A DNA stretch of 64,000 nt from Candidatus Fermentibacterota bacterium (GTDB lineage: Bacteria > Fermentibacterota > Fermentibacteria > Fermentibacterales > JCC-6). Below, in pieces: positions 37,963 through 49,305 of the stretch; the first letter of the stretch is position 1, and the number at the start of each line of letters is the position of its first letter. The notes under the pieces were generated by a model, which was not told the DNA's origin, did not search any database, and saw only the letters and a program-made list of their open reading frames with translations. Made by a program: the position numbers and the translations under genes. The DNA is taken from positions 96,001-160,000 of the forward strand of contig CAWJQI010000001.1 in NCBI GenBank assembly GCA_963845085.1, in the 5' to 3' direction.

Positions 37963-38714
37963 CCGGGGCACTGACATTCGGCGTGATGACCCTCCGAATG
38001 CTCTTTCGCAGGAAGACGCCGTGGGGGATTCTCATCGGCATCCTCCTTGTCCTTTTCGGGATCGCCCAGGTTCCAAGCTTCTCCGTCGGAAATCAGGGAC
38101 GGTTCGTGCTCGACTTCGGCCTTTTCGGCATTGAGATCGGAGCTCTGGCGCTCGCCCTCGGGCTTGCCGCAAACCTCTTCCCGCAGGACAGGGAACAGCG
38201 GACGGTAATGCCCCTTCTGGCTGTCCCGCTCTCCCGCTGGCAGTACCTGCTCGGACGATTCCTGGGCGCCGCGATGGTGCAGGCTTCCGCCCTGATCGTG
38301 AGTTGTCTTGGGCTCGTTGCAATTCTATTGCTCCGGGGCATCCAGGTTCCGGGCGACATCTTTCCGGCAACGCTCCTGATAGTTGTCGAGGGATGGTTCC
38401 TCCTGGCGACCGTGTTCTTCTTCAGCTTCTTCACAAGCCCCCCGCTCAACTGGCCTCTCACGACCATACTTTTCATCCTGAGCCAGATGAGCGTGCGGGA
38501 CTTCGCCGATCTTCTCCCCGGAAGCTCCGGGCTGATGCGGGGCCTGCGGCTCCTTCTCCCCCACGCCGACGTGTTCCACATCAAGGACCCGCTCGCGCAC
38601 GGTTTCGATGTAGAGCCCGTGTTCTTTGCACTTGCCGTTTTCTACGGCCTCTGCTACACTGCGTTCATGCTGAGCCTGGCCCTGGCCGTCTTTCAGCGCA
38701 GGGACCTCAAGTGA
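37959..38714 (+). CDS. ABC-2 type permease
   Basis: About 6 TMs, PLSRWQYLLGRFLG and C-terminal FQRRDL. Confidence 0.9.
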   Translation: MTGALTFGVMTLRMLFRRKTPWGILIGILLVLFGIAQVPSFSVGNQGRFVLDFGLFGIEIGALALALGLAANLFPQDREQRTVMPLLAVPLSRWQYLLGRFLGAAMVQASALIVSCLGLVAILLLRGIQVPGDIFPATLLIVVEGWFLLATVFFFSFFTSPPLNWPLTTILFILSQMSVRDFADLLPGSSGLMRGLRLLLPHADVFHIKDPLAHGFDVEPVFFALAVFYGLCYTAFMLSLALAVFQRRDLK

Positions 38715-38992
38715 GAAGGCTGATACCGGTCGTATTCGTGCTTTTCTGCGGCTGCAGCCTGAACTTCGATCCCGTCGATACCGCGCCCGCTGAGGCGCTC
38801 GGTGAGGAGTGCACCATCGCAGAGGATGGAAGCGGCCACGAGGCGGGGCATGCCTGCAGTGAAACCCGCTGGTTCTTCACCCAGCCGTGGGCGGCGAAAT
38901 GGTACTGGGGCAAGATAATGAGAGATTCGCTGATCCTTCTCGCCCTTGCATCGGCGGTCACTGCAATTTCCGTGAGAAAAGCCCGACGATGA
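38711..38992 (+). CDS. Small lipoprotein-like protein with C-terminal TM
   Basis: GTGA overlap. MRRLIPVVFVLFCGC, then a His/Cys patch, WFFTQPWAAKWYW, a TM and RKARR. Confidence 0.65.
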   Translation: MRRLIPVVFVLFCGCSLNFDPVDTAPAEALGEECTIAEDGSGHEAGHACSETRWFFTQPWAAKWYWGKIMRDSLILLALASAVTAISVRKARR

Positions 38993-39681
38993 CAAGACGG
39001 AGCGTGATCCCATTTGCAGCTGCGGGGGTATTCCTTCTGCTGGCCGTTCTCAGCGGCGGCAGGGTCAGCCGCGAATACAGGGCTGATCCGTCCGGAAATC
39101 TGGGTGCGATAGGGTCAGGCATCGACAGGTTGAGGCGGGTTGCGGCTGCTGTTCTATACCTTCAAATGGATGATTATCATCACATCGGCATGTATCAGGG
39201 GCAGGCATGGTCTGCCATAACCGACTACCTTCCCCAGGCCTGGCTTGTATCGCGCCTCGACCCCCATTTTTCCGCCGTTTTCTGCGATGCGTCGAACCAT
39301 CTCGCGGTGAACCTCGGCATGGTGGACGAGGGGCTTGACCTGGCCAGGGAAGGCATGCGCCACAACCCTGACAGCCTCGACATTGCCTACGAGTACGCCT
39401 TCCTTCTTTACGATACCGGGGCCGGGAGCCCGGGGGAAACAGCGGCGGCGGTGGTCAACTACCTTTCCCTTCTGAGAAGGAAGAACGGCGATCATTCAGC
39501 GCCGCACCGGGAAGCCTCGGCATGCTGGATCGCCAGGGAGGTTCTTTCCGGGACCATGCCCGAGTTCTCCATGCTTTATGCGAGAAGGGCGGACTTCATC
39601 CAGCAGGCCCTTCGGAGCGGGCTTTACTACCCGGGTCTTTTCGATGAATCACCGGAGCATATAGACGGAGGCATTCAATGA
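38989..39681 (+). CDS. Membrane-anchored TPR-like hypothetical protein
   Basis: ATGA overlap, N-terminal TM, and LDPHF...EG.RHNP helical repeat pattern. Confidence 0.65.
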   Translation: MTRRSVIPFAAAGVFLLLAVLSGGRVSREYRADPSGNLGAIGSGIDRLRRVAAAVLYLQMDDYHHIGMYQGQAWSAITDYLPQAWLVSRLDPHFSAVFCDASNHLAVNLGMVDEGLDLAREGMRHNPDSLDIAYEYAFLLYDTGAGSPGETAAAVVNYLSLLRRKNGDHSAPHREASACWIAREVLSGTMPEFSMLYARRADFIQQALRSGLYYPGLFDESPEHIDGGIQ

Positions 39682-40184
39682 CATACACCATGCCGATGGA
39701 CCTGACCGCAAAGATCATCTGGTACTGCACGCCAGTGGATGTGGACGCCGGGGAGGTCATCCTCAAGCGGGGCGACACCTCCACCGACCTGTACATAATC
39801 ACAAGGGGCAAGTTCAGGGTTTACGACGACTCGAGAAACGAGGATTTCCTTCTCGCAATGCTTGAACGGGGAAGCGTCTTCGGGGAGATGGCATTCCTTG
39901 ACGGCCTTCCCCGATCGGCCACCATCGAGGCCTGTTCGGCCGGCAGCCTGCTCCGGCTCGGTGAACAGGAGTTCAACAGGATGACGATCAAGGCTCCGGA
40001 AACCTCGGTGAAGTTCGTGAGGGCGCTTTCGGGGATCGTCTGCAGAAGGCTCAGGGTTATGAACGACGCGCTCGCGGGTGTTGCCTTCAGCAGCGGGCCC
40101 ATGTCTCCCGAGGCAGAGCAGGAACTCCTCGAAACCATCAGGGAAATGCACCACTCCGTGAAGGTGGAACTCGCGGAGGAATGA
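39678..40184 (+). CDS. Cyclic-nucleotide-binding domain protein (no HTH)
   Basis: LYII..G and FGEMAFLDGLPRSAT. Confidence 0.9.
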   Translation: MTYTMPMDLTAKIIWYCTPVDVDAGEVILKRGDTSTDLYIITRGKFRVYDDSRNEDFLLAMLERGSVFGEMAFLDGLPRSATIEACSAGSLLRLGEQEFNRMTIKAPETSVKFVRALSGIVCRRLRVMNDALAGVAFSSGPMSPEAEQELLETIREMHHSVKVELAEE

Positions 40185-40499
40185 TCAGGGGTTGTCTCTG
40201 TGGATGGCCTCGACCACCCAGATGAAGTGGTTCGAGTCTGACAGGGGAACCCGTTCAAGGGTGTAGTTCTCCCACTCGCTGTCCTGGATGCGCAGGTCGT
40301 ACCAGCCGCGGGTGACCTGAAAAATGATCGAGCTGTCGGGCTCAAGGACTGACATGCCAAGCATGTCCACCCATTTTTCCCGCCCGGCTTCGGTGATCCA
40401 GACGAAATACAGTTCAAGGCTTGTCCCGTTCTTGATCTCAACGGTAGCCGCCGTCGCGGCAAGGGCCGCGATGAGTATGAAAAGCACAGCCTTGTTCAT
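40185..40499 (-). CDS. Small secreted beta-sandwich protein
   Basis: Signal peptide. Pattern N.T...L..V.I......W.D.LG...L.......F....G.YDL...D is shared with the domains of 57468-58085. Confidence 0.75.
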   Translation of the reverse strand: MNKAVLFILIAALAATAATVEIKNGTSLELYFVWITEAGREKWVDMLGMSVLEPDSSIIFQVTRGWYDLRIQDSEWENYTLERVPLSDSNHFIWVVEAIHRDNP

Positions 40500-42637
40500 G
40501 TTTGCCTCACTGGAGCTTTACCCCCCGCAGCGGTTTCTGTTCCCTCCATTGAAAGGCTCAGCCGCCGTCTGTCCATGTCGATCCCGATGACCCTGACGGT
40601 CACCCACTGTCCCACGGCAACCACATCGGTGGGGTGCTTCACAAAGGATGAGCTCAGTCTGCTGATGTGCACCAGTCCGTCCGTGTGAACACCCACGTCG
40701 ACGAAGGCTCCAAAGCCCGTAACATTGGTGATAACACCGGGAAGAACCATTCCCTCGCCAATGTCGGCAAGATCATGAACATCCTCGAACCGCATGGCCT
40801 CGAACCGCCGTCTTGGATCGCGGCCGGGTTTCTCGAGTTCGGCCAGGATGTCGTTGAGTGTGGGAAGCCCAACGTCTTCCGTGATGTATCGCTCGAGGAC
40901 GATCGCGGACCTCTGCACCCTGTCGGCCATGAGCCCCCTGACATCGGTGCCGAGCTCGCCTGCCATCCGCTTCACGAGGGCGTAGCGCTCGGGATGGACT
41001 GCGCTTGCATCGAGAGGCTCGATGCCGTCGCTGATCCTCAGGAAGCCGGCGCACTGCTGGAAAGCTTTCGGGCCGAGACCGGGCACCGAAAGCAGTTGCT
41101 TTCTCGATGTGAAAGGCCCCGCCGAGTTTCTGAACTCGACCACCGCGCGCGCGGTCTTGGGGCCAAGGCCCGAGACATAGGTGAGAAGCCTTGCACTTGC
41201 CGTGTTCAACTCCACCCCCACGGAATTGACGCACCTCATCACTGTGTCGTCGAGGGTCCGTTTGAGCAGCCCCGCGTCAACGTCGTGCTGGTACTGGCCG
41301 ACCCCTATGCTCTCCGGATCGATCTTAACGAGTTCGGCGAGCGGATCCTGAAGCCTCCTGCCTATCGAAACCGCACCCCTGACAGTGAGATCGAGTTCGG
41401 GGAATTCGTCACGGGCTTCCTGCGAAGCGGAATAGACCGACGCTCCGCTCTCGTTCACCATCACGACGACAGCGTTGAGTTCGAGGCTTCTGAGGAATGA
41501 TTCGGTCTCCCTGCCTCCGGTTCCGTTTCCGACGGCGATGAACTCGGGATGGTAGGTCTCTTCGATCTTCCTCAACTTCACCATGGCTTCGGGCTTCCTG
41601 TGGAGCATGAAAACGTCGTGGTGGAGAAGGGCGCCCTGGGCGTCGAGAACGGCGTACTTGCACCCCGTTCTGAGGCCGGGGTCAACCCCGACAACGCTTC
41701 TCCTGCCCAGCGGAGGTGCCATGAGAAGGTTCTCGAGGTTCCTCGAGAATATCCCCACTGCCTCCAGGTCGGCCCTCTCCTTCGAGTCAGATCTCGATTC
41801 AGTTTCCATCTGGGGTCCGAGAAGGCGTTTGAAACCGTCTGCAAGGGCTTCCTGAATCTGTACCGCCTCGGGGGTGCCCCTGGCGGTGAGAAACCTCTTC
41901 TCAAGTATCGCGAGCGCCCTTTCCTCGGGAACCGTTACGGAAAGGTTCAGAAATAGCTCCTTCTCTCCCCGCCGCATGGCGAGGATACGGTGGGAAGGAG
42001 CTTTCGCGACCGATTCCTTCCAGTCGAACCAGTCCCTGTACTTGCTTCCCTCGGCCTCTTTACCGGCGATCACCCTGCACTCGTAACGGCCGTCCCGGTG
42101 GAAGAGGAAACGCATGGCCTCACGGGTTTCAAGGTCTTCACAGGCTTTCTGCGCGATGATGTCACGGGCGCCCTCAAGGGCTTCTTCCGGGGTGTTGACC
42201 CCCTTTTCGGGATCAATGTAATCCTGCGCGTATGCCACGGGATCGCCGCCCCGCTGTGAAAGAAGCCTCTCGGCAAGGGGCAGCAGCCCCTTTTCCTCGG
42301 CGATGGTGGCCCTGTTCCTTCTTTTCGGCCTGAACGGAAGGTAGACATCCTCGAGACGCGCGAGGGTGTCGGCCTGCTCGACCGCCATCCTGAGTTCGTC
42401 GGTCAGAAGGTCCCTCTCGGTGAGTGAGCGGATGATCGCATCCCGCCTGGCGGCGAGTGCCCTCAGATTGGCGGCCTGGTCTCTGAGTGCGGCGACGGCC
42501 ACCTCGTCAAGGCCGCCCGAGAGCTCCTTCCGGTACCTTGCGATGAACGGCACGGTGGCGCCCTGGTCGAGCAGGTCGACCACCGCCCTGACAGCCTTCT
42601 CGGGTATGTGAAGCATTGCTGCGAGTTGTGAAAACAT
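40496..42637 (-). CDS. tex: Tex family RNA-binding transcriptional accessory protein
   Basis: Motifs [40 protein letters not shown] and a C-terminal S1 domain. Confidence 0.96.
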   Translation of the reverse strand: MFSQLAAMLHIPEKAVRAVVDLLDQGATVPFIARYRKELSGGLDEVAVAALRDQAANLRALAARRDAIIRSLTERDLLTDELRMAVEQADTLARLEDVYLPFRPKRRNRATIAEEKGLLPLAERLLSQRGGDPVAYAQDYIDPEKGVNTPEEALEGARDIIAQKACEDLETREAMRFLFHRDGRYECRVIAGKEAEGSKYRDWFDWKESVAKAPSHRILAMRRGEKELFLNLSVTVPEERALAILEKRFLTARGTPEAVQIQEALADGFKRLLGPQMETESRSDSKERADLEAVGIFSRNLENLLMAPPLGRRSVVGVDPGLRTGCKYAVLDAQGALLHHDVFMLHRKPEAMVKLRKIEETYHPEFIAVGNGTGGRETESFLRSLELNAVVVMVNESGASVYSASQEARDEFPELDLTVRGAVSIGRRLQDPLAELVKIDPESIGVGQYQHDVDAGLLKRTLDDTVMRCVNSVGVELNTASARLLTYVSGLGPKTARAVVEFRNSAGPFTSRKQLLSVPGLGPKAFQQCAGFLRISDGIEPLDASAVHPERYALVKRMAGELGTDVRGLMADRVQRSAIVLERYITEDVGLPTLNDILAELEKPGRDPRRRFEAMRFEDVHDLADIGEGMVLPGVITNVTGFGAFVDVGVHTDGLVHISRLSSSFVKHPTDVVAVGQWVTVRVIGIDMDRRRLSLSMEGTETAAGGKAPVRQT

Positions 42638-42735
42638 GCCGGCAATATACACGTCTCCGGTATGGAGGGCTTGCGGGGGGTGTATATTACGGGCCGTTTG
42701 ACATTTGCTTAATTCCCTCACGTTTTGGAGACCAA

Positions 42736-44820
42736 ATGAGCAGGCAGTTCCCCCTGGAAAGGCTTCGGAACATTGGCATAATGGCCCACATCGACGCCGG
42801 CAAGACCACGGTCTCCGAGCGCATCCTCTTCTACACCGGAAGGTCCAGCAGGATCGGCGAAGTTCACGACGGCGCCGCCACGATGGACTGGATGGAACAG
42901 GAGCAGGAACGCGGCATCACGATTACGAGCGCGGCAACCACGACGGTCTGGAAGGACCACCAGATAAACCTGATCGACACCCCCGGCCACGTTGACTTCA
43001 CTGTTGAAGTCGAACGCAGCCTGAGGGTCCTCGACGGCGCGATCGCGCTGTTCTGCGGAGTCGGCGGAGTCGAGCCGCAGAGCGAGACGGTCTGGCGTCA
43101 GGCCGACAGGTACGGTGTTCCCCGTATCGCCTTCGTCAACAAGATGGACAGGGCGGGCGCGGATTTCTACGGCGTCCTCCGCTCCCTTCACGCGCGGCTC
43201 GGGGCGAACGCCATCCCCGTCACCATCCCGATAATCGGCGACTCAGGGCTCGAGGGCGTGGTTGACCTTGTCGACAATGTGGCCGTGTTCTACGACGAGA
43301 TCACGAGCGGCATGAAATGGCGCGAAGCGCCGATTCCCGAACACATGCGCGAGTCGGCCGAGCGGCAGCGCCTCATCCTTGTTGAGAAGGTCAGCGAAGT
43401 GGATGAAAGCCTTCTTGAAAAATTCTGCGAAGGCGTTCCGATCGGGAGGGAAGAGCTCTCACTCGCGATCCGCAAGGCAACTCATGCCCAGCTGGTCTGC
43501 CCGGTTCTCTGCGGAAGCGCCTACAAGAACAAGGGCATACAGAGGCTTCTCGATGCGGTGGTCGCCTATCTGCCAAGCCCGCTGGACCTTCCCCCGGTGA
43601 TCGGTGTCACCCCCGGCGACGGCTCCGAGGCCACAAGGGTTCCAAAGGACTCGGGAAGGCTTGCGGCCCTCGCCTTCAAGGTGGCCACCGACAAGCACAC
43701 CGGCAAGCTGGTTTTCGTGAGGATCTACAGCGGCACACTCGAAGCCGGCAGCTATGTCTACAACTCGACAAGAAAGATAAAGCAGCGCGTGGGGCGCATA
43801 CTGAGAATGCATGCCAACCGCCGCGAAGCCGTCGACTGTCTCTATTCGGGTGAGATCGGCGCTGTGATTGGCCTCTCCGAGACCGTAACGGGCGACACGC
43901 TCTCCTGTATCGACTCTCCGATAGTGCTCGAAGCCATCGAGTTCCCCGCACCAGTGCTCAGCGTGGCCCTCGCCACGGAAAAGAGGCAGGACCGTGACAA
44001 GCTCACCGATGCCCTCACGAAGCTTTCCGAGGAGGATCCCACCTTCATTGTCGAAACCCACGAAGAAACAGGAGAGACTCTTGTAAGCGGGATGGGCGAG
44101 CTCCACCTCGAGATAATCATCGACAGGCTGAAGCGCGAATTCAACGTTGAAACGAAAACATCGCCCCCCCGGGTGGCCTACCGCGAAACCATCACCGGCA
44201 GCACGGACTGGAACGAAAAGTTCGTGAAGCAGACCGGCGGCAAGGGCCAGTACGCACACATCATCTTCAAGCTCGCCCCGCTTCCCGCGGGAAGCGGGTT
44301 GGAGTTCGAGAACAAGGTGGTCGGGGGCAACATCCCGAGGGAGTACATCCCTGCCGTGGAAAAGGGCGTGATCGACGCCATGAAGCGGGGCGTGTACGCG
44401 AAATGCCCGGTGGTCGATGTCAGGTTCACCCTGCTCGACGGAACTTTCCATACCGTCGACTCGTCCGAGATGGCTTTCCGAACCTGCGCATCGATGGGAT
44501 TCACAAAGGCGTTCCTCAAATGCGCCCCCCAGATACTCGAGCCCGTCATGAGCGTTTCAGTGACAACTCCCGAGGACTATGCCGGGGGCGTCAGCGGCGG
44601 GATCTATGAGAAGCGCGGCACCATAACGGGAATGGATTCGCGGGGAACATCGAAGGAGATAAGGGCGATGGTGCCCCTCAGTGAGATGTTCGGTTACGCC
44701 ACCGATCTCCGGAACGCAACGCAGGGCAGGGCATCGTTCACGATGCAGTTCGAGCACTACGAGCCCGTTCCGGTAAGTGTCGCCGAAGAGATCGTGAAGA
44801 AGGCCAGGCGGACCGACTAG
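42736..44820 (+). CDS. fusA: Elongation factor G (outside the str operon)
   Basis: Motifs [42 protein letters not shown] and DSSEMAF. Confidence 0.96.
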   Translation: MSRQFPLERLRNIGIMAHIDAGKTTVSERILFYTGRSSRIGEVHDGAATMDWMEQEQERGITITSAATTTVWKDHQINLIDTPGHVDFTVEVERSLRVLDGAIALFCGVGGVEPQSETVWRQADRYGVPRIAFVNKMDRAGADFYGVLRSLHARLGANAIPVTIPIIGDSGLEGVVDLVDNVAVFYDEITSGMKWREAPIPEHMRESAERQRLILVEKVSEVDESLLEKFCEGVPIGREELSLAIRKATHAQLVCPVLCGSAYKNKGIQRLLDAVVAYLPSPLDLPPVIGVTPGDGSEATRVPKDSGRLAALAFKVATDKHTGKLVFVRIYSGTLEAGSYVYNSTRKIKQRVGRILRMHANRREAVDCLYSGEIGAVIGLSETVTGDTLSCIDSPIVLEAIEFPAPVLSVALATEKRQDRDKLTDALTKLSEEDPTFIVETHEETGETLVSGMGELHLEIIIDRLKREFNVETKTSPPRVAYRETITGSTDWNEKFVKQTGGKGQYAHIIFKLAPLPAGSGLEFENKVVGGNIPREYIPAVEKGVIDAMKRGVYAKCPVVDVRFTLLDGTFHTVDSSEMAFRTCASMGFTKAFLKCAPQILEPVMSVSVTTPEDYAGGVSGGIYEKRGTITGMDSRGTSKEIRAMVPLSEMFGYATDLRNATQGRASFTMQFEHYEPVPVSVAEEIVKKARRTD

Positions 44821-45800
44821 CCGCTTCTCAGAACGGACCAGATCACAGCGTCCCTGTAGGTTCCGTCCTTCAGAAGGTAACCCCTGAGAAGCCCTTCCCG
44901 CTGCATGCCGGCCTTTTCAAGCACGCGTCCGCTGCCGGGGTTTTCTGTAAAATGAAGCGCACTTATCCTGTGAAGCCCCATTCTGTCGAAGCCGTATTTC
45001 AGAACGGCCATCACCGCCTCGGTGCAGTAGCCCCGGTTCCAGCGGGAGGGTGTGATCCAGTAACCGATCTCGGCAGATCCGGTCCTGGTCCGCATTATGC
45101 CGGTGCACCCGATCAACGCATCCGAAGCCTTCTCGACAACGGCGAAGACGCCTCCGGTTTCACCCAGGAAGTCATTGTACCTTCCGGACAGGAACACCTC
45201 GGCATCATGGAGGGTGTATGGATGGGGAACGCCTGCGGTTCCCTCGGCGATCACGGGATGGTCGGCGGCCGTGCGGAGCTCCTCCGCATCGGCGGTGCTG
45301 AACGCCCTGAGAGTGAGCCTTTCGGTCTCAAGCACTGGTTTCTCCCATACGGCCGGGTTCCTCTTCATGGAAACATGCCCGATCCTCACCCTGAACACGC
45401 AGGTGCCTTCCAGCGCGGCATCGGACACATCTGTCGCGGAACCGGAGAAATGCCCGAGAAGAACGGCCATGCCTGCCCTTTTCTCTTCGACAGAATCAAG
45501 GAATTCCACGGTACCCTCTCCGATGATGCTCTCGTAGTGGATGTCGTCGTGTCCCACGACCTCGAGAATGCGGGCGGATTCGAAGGTCACGGCGGGATTT
45601 CTTTTCAGAATGCCGATCTTTTCCCCCTCGAATGAGCTGTGGAAGTACAGGCAGCCCTCGCTGTATCCGAAACACATCGGCACGAGCCTGACATGACCGT
45701 CGGCTTCGATCCCGAGCGTGCAGGTTCTGAACCTCCGGAATGCAGCGGAAATCTCCCCCGGATCGGTGACTTCCCTGTCCTTGCGTCTCACTCTTTCCAT
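44817..45800 (-). CDS. Pyridoxamine 5'-phosphate oxidase-like (NimA/NimC-type) domain fused to RimJ/RimL GNAT acetyltransferase
   Basis: N-terminal RRKDRE...LYFHS..EG.K...NP.V...YES.IG.G. C-terminal LETERL.LR...EIGYW...W.RGY.TEA...N..S.RVLEK.G. Confidence 0.85.
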   Translation of the reverse strand: MERVRRKDREVTDPGEISAAFRRFRTCTLGIEADGHVRLVPMCFGYSEGCLYFHSSFEGEKIGILKRNPAVTFESARILEVVGHDDIHYESIIGEGTVEFLDSVEEKRAGMAVLLGHFSGSATDVSDAALEGTCVFRVRIGHVSMKRNPAVWEKPVLETERLTLRAFSTADAEELRTAADHPVIAEGTAGVPHPYTLHDAEVFLSGRYNDFLGETGGVFAVVEKASDALIGCTGIMRTRTGSAEIGYWITPSRWNRGYCTEAVMAVLKYGFDRMGLHRISALHFTENPGSGRVLEKAGMQREGLLRGYLLKDGTYRDAVIWSVLRSG

Positions 45801-45878
45801 CTCCGCTCTTTTATGGCATTGTCATCACATGGAACAATCATGCGAAGAATATGCAAACAGGACAGGAGCGATAACCCC

Positions 45879-48800
45879 ATGAACTGCATCCTTGCACTGG
45901 GCCTCATCGCCTCGGTGATCAATGTGGCCGTTCCCGTGGAGACGGTCGTTTCGCGGGAAGACATTCAAAGCTCGGACCTGGGCGTTTCGGTAAGGACGGA
46001 GAACGGTCTGCCCGGCTGTATTCCCGGTGAACCCGATCTCCCGGCTGTTCCCGTGACCTTCGCCATTCCTTCCGGTGAGACCGCCGTATCTGTGGAGATC
46101 GTTGCGGCCGGCTGGGAAACTGTTCCGGGGCTTTACAATGTGAGGGCTCTTCAACCCCCCACGCCACTGGTCGAAGAAGCGCGGGAAGCCGTACCCCCCG
46201 ATCCGGCGATCTACGAAACTGCCGCCTTCTGGCCGGACCACCCGGCAATCCTCGCCGGAACATCATTCCGCGGCGGTACACCTACGGCCGAGATTCTCGT
46301 GTTCCCGTACCGCTGGAATCCCTCAACAGGAGAACTCCAGAGGCTTTCCGGCCTTGAATTGTCGATCCGAACGGAAACTGCCGGCCGCCTTCCTGTTCCC
46401 GAGGCGGACCAGGAATCGGCCCGAATGCTCATCGTAACGGTCCCATCCTTTGAGGGAGTTTTCAGCCAGCTTGCCCAGCGAAGGCACAGCGAGGGGATAC
46501 TGACCGAAGTGGTCACCATGGACGAGGTGCTTTCAGCGGCGGGCGGACGGGACGATGCCGAAGCGCTGCGCAACTACATCAAGTGGTACAGGCAGGAATA
46601 CGGCCTTGACTACGTGCTTCTCGGCGGCGACACCGAGCATGTTCCGATGCGGTACGCCTTCGCAATGGAGTGCCAGGCAGGCATCCATCCCAGGGAAGAC
46701 AGCCTTCCCTGCGACCTGTACTTTTCCGATCTCGACGGCGACTGGGATGCGAACGCGAACGGCGTTTTCGGAGAGGTGGAGGACGATGTAGATCTCTACC
46801 CCGATGTCTGGGTCGGGCGTGTCACCGTCAATGACGCCTTCGAGGCAACGGCATGGTACAACAAGCTGACGGCGTACGAAGACTGCATCAATGACGGCCA
46901 CCTGCAGGATGTTCTATTCATGGCCCAGGTGCTCTGGACCAACCCGTTCACGGACGGGGGCGTCAGCAAGAACGAGATCCAGTCGGCATGTCTGCCCGGT
47001 TTCATGAACGTCACGAAACTCTACCAGACACTTGGCAACCTGAGCGCCGCCACCGTGCTCGCAGCCATGTCAGAGGGTACGAACCTGCTGAACCACAACG
47101 GTCATGCCTGGTACAACGGCATGAGCATCGGGGGCAGCGAGTCGATAAGCGGCGCCTTCCTTGACGGAGTGGATTCGAACGGCCGTTACTCCGCCTTCTT
47201 CTACTCCATCGGATGCTGGAGCGCCGCATTCGACTTCGATGCCGTGGCGGAGCATTTCCTTACGAGTGCCGAAGGTTGCGGAGTGTGTTTCATAGGCAAT
47301 TCCAGCTACGGATGGGGATCGCCCGGCAACCCCGCCTACGGCTATTCGGACATACTCGACCGCTACTTCTTCCTGAGGCTCTACCAGGACAGGAACACCC
47401 GCATGGGGCAGATCCTTGCAGAGGCGAAGGATTTCTACATCCCGTACGGCAGGTGGGAGAACGTCTACCGATGGCACCTCTACCAGGTGAACCTTCTGGG
47501 CGATCCCTCCTTCAGACCGTACAGGAAGATCCCGGTCACTCCCGAACTGTCCTTCCCCGAATTCGTCACCGCGAACACCACCACGTTCCCCGTGCAGGTT
47601 TCCGGCTGCATGACCGAGGGGCTTCTGCTCTGTGTGCACGACGAGGGGAACAACCATCTCACGGCGATCCTCGATGCTTCCGGTTACCGGGTCTTCGAGC
47701 TCGGCTCCCCCCCGGTGGGAGCCATGACGGTGACCCTCACCGGAAGCGGTGTGAGGCGCACCAGCCTGAACTGCCCGCAGGGCACCGGTCCTGGCCCGGT
47801 GATCTCCGGCTTCCTGATCGATGATACCGGCGATGACGGGTACCTCTCCCCCGGCGATCAGGCCCAGATCTCGCTTTCCCTCACAAACCAGGGAACCGAA
47901 CCCGTCACCGGCGTTTCCCTCGAGGCTCAACTGGTTTCCGGCCCCGCACAGCTCATCGAAAACTCCATGACCTTCCCCGACCTTGCCCCGGGAGCATCGG
48001 GCACCGGTTCCGGGCCGCTTTCACTTTCCATCGACGACGATGCGTTGAACAACGAGTCGGTCAGCCTCATGCTGACCCTTTCAGCCCAGCAGGGCACCTG
48101 GGAGATTCCGGTTTCCATGCTGGTGCATGCACCTGGCCTTTATTTCGCAACGTACTCGGTCGATGACGGGGGGGACATGGTCCCCGAGCCCGGGGAAACC
48201 TTCTCCCTGATCATGTCGATAGCAAACACCGGCCTGCTCGACGCCCCCGACGCCTCGGCGGTCATCACCTCCCACCCGTCGTGGATGTCGTTCGCCTCCG
48301 ATACGGCGTTCAGTCCCCTGGTTCCTGCAGGCTCTACCGCGGAACTGCTGTTTGAGTGCACGCTTGCCCCCGAAGCCCCCTCCCCCTCCTTCCCGTGGCT
48401 CATGATGAGCCTTTCGACACCCTCGACCGGGTACGAAAGGGCCGACTCGATGAGGCTCACGATCGGCGAAACAGGCGTGATGAACGATGTAGAGGGCGGT
48501 TCGGAGGGCTGGACTCACGGAGGAACGGGTGACCTTTGGAGGGTGACCGAACTCGACAGCCACTCCCCGACCCACAGCTGGCAGTGCGGAAACGACCAGG
48601 GCTATCAGAACGGCATGAACTGCTGGCTCCTGAGCCCCTCCATGCATCTTGCCCCGAACTCATCGCTCAGTTTCTGGACCACGTTCGACGTGGCGATGTA
48701 CGGTTCCGACGGGCTGTACCCGATCCTCCACAACATGACCGTGATGAGTTCGGACACGCTTGACTTCATCGGTTCGGGCGGTGCGCTCTACGGAAGTGGA

Positions 48801-49244
48801 AAGGGCATGGGAACGGGGTGGGTCGGCTTCTCATACGACCTGTCCTCGACCGACCCTGAAGACCTGTATCAAATCGAGTTCCGCTTTCAATCCGACATGG
48901 ACGGCTCTCTGGGCCTTGGTTTCTTCCTTGACGACATACTGGTCTCGGGGGGTTATCAGGGCAACCTCGGGGTCAGTGGTCCAGCGCCTGCCGTACCCGT
49001 TCTCGGATACCCCTCGCCCAACCCGTCCGCCAGCGGTTTCTCGCTCCCGATCAACATCGTTGAACCCTGTGTTTTCACCGTGGGAGTCTACGACCTCTCG
49101 GGCAGGCTTGTGAGGAAAATGTCGGGAGAGGGCCCCTTCAGGGGCGAATTCTTCATCGCAACTGAAGGTCTCGCTTCGGGGGTCTACATGCTTGCACTCT
49201 CCGGGCCGGCCGAACTCACACGAAGGGTGGTGGTGCTCCGCTAG
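45879..49244 (+). CDS. C25 (gingipain) family cysteine peptidase with propeptide, Ig-like domains and T9SS-type CTD
   Basis: Propeptide PGEPDLP. Motifs YVLLGGD, D.YFSDLDG, VGR, the catalytic pair NHNGH and SIGC, and NLLGDP. Tail PNP...YDLSGRLV...SGVY. Confidence 0.9.
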   Translation: MNCILALGLIASVINVAVPVETVVSREDIQSSDLGVSVRTENGLPGCIPGEPDLPAVPVTFAIPSGETAVSVEIVAAGWETVPGLYNVRALQPPTPLVEEAREAVPPDPAIYETAAFWPDHPAILAGTSFRGGTPTAEILVFPYRWNPSTGELQRLSGLELSIRTETAGRLPVPEADQESARMLIVTVPSFEGVFSQLAQRRHSEGILTEVVTMDEVLSAAGGRDDAEALRNYIKWYRQEYGLDYVLLGGDTEHVPMRYAFAMECQAGIHPREDSLPCDLYFSDLDGDWDANANGVFGEVEDDVDLYPDVWVGRVTVNDAFEATAWYNKLTAYEDCINDGHLQDVLFMAQVLWTNPFTDGGVSKNEIQSACLPGFMNVTKLYQTLGNLSAATVLAAMSEGTNLLNHNGHAWYNGMSIGGSESISGAFLDGVDSNGRYSAFFYSIGCWSAAFDFDAVAEHFLTSAEGCGVCFIGNSSYGWGSPGNPAYGYSDILDRYFFLRLYQDRNTRMGQILAEAKDFYIPYGRWENVYRWHLYQVNLLGDPSFRPYRKIPVTPELSFPEFVTANTTTFPVQVSGCMTEGLLLCVHDEGNNHLTAILDASGYRVFELGSPPVGAMTVTLTGSGVRRTSLNCPQGTGPGPVISGFLIDDTGDDGYLSPGDQAQISLSLTNQGTEPVTGVSLEAQLVSGPAQLIENSMTFPDLAPGASGTGSGPLSLSIDDDALNNESVSLMLTLSAQQGTWEIPVSMLVHAPGLYFATYSVDDGGDMVPEPGETFSLIMSIANTGLLDAPDASAVITSHPSWMSFASDTAFSPLVPAGSTAELLFECTLAPEAPSPSFPWLMMSLSTPSTGYERADSMRLTIGETGVMNDVEGGSEGWTHGGTGDLWRVTELDSHSPTHSWQCGNDQGYQNGMNCWLLSPSMHLAPNSSLSFWTTFDVAMYGSDGLYPILHNMTVMSSDTLDFIGSGGALYGSGKGMGTGWVGFSYDLSSTDPEDLYQIEFRFQSDMDGSLGLGFFLDDILVSGGYQGNLGVSGPAPAVPVLGYPSPNPSASGFSLPINIVEPCVFTVGVYDLSGRLVRKMSGEGPFRGEFFIATEGLASGVYMLALSGPAELTRRVVVLR

Positions 49245-49305
49245 CGGGAACCACGGCCCCCGTTCAGCAGTATCATCCGGGAGGGAAGAGAGGAATTCTT
49301 CTGCA

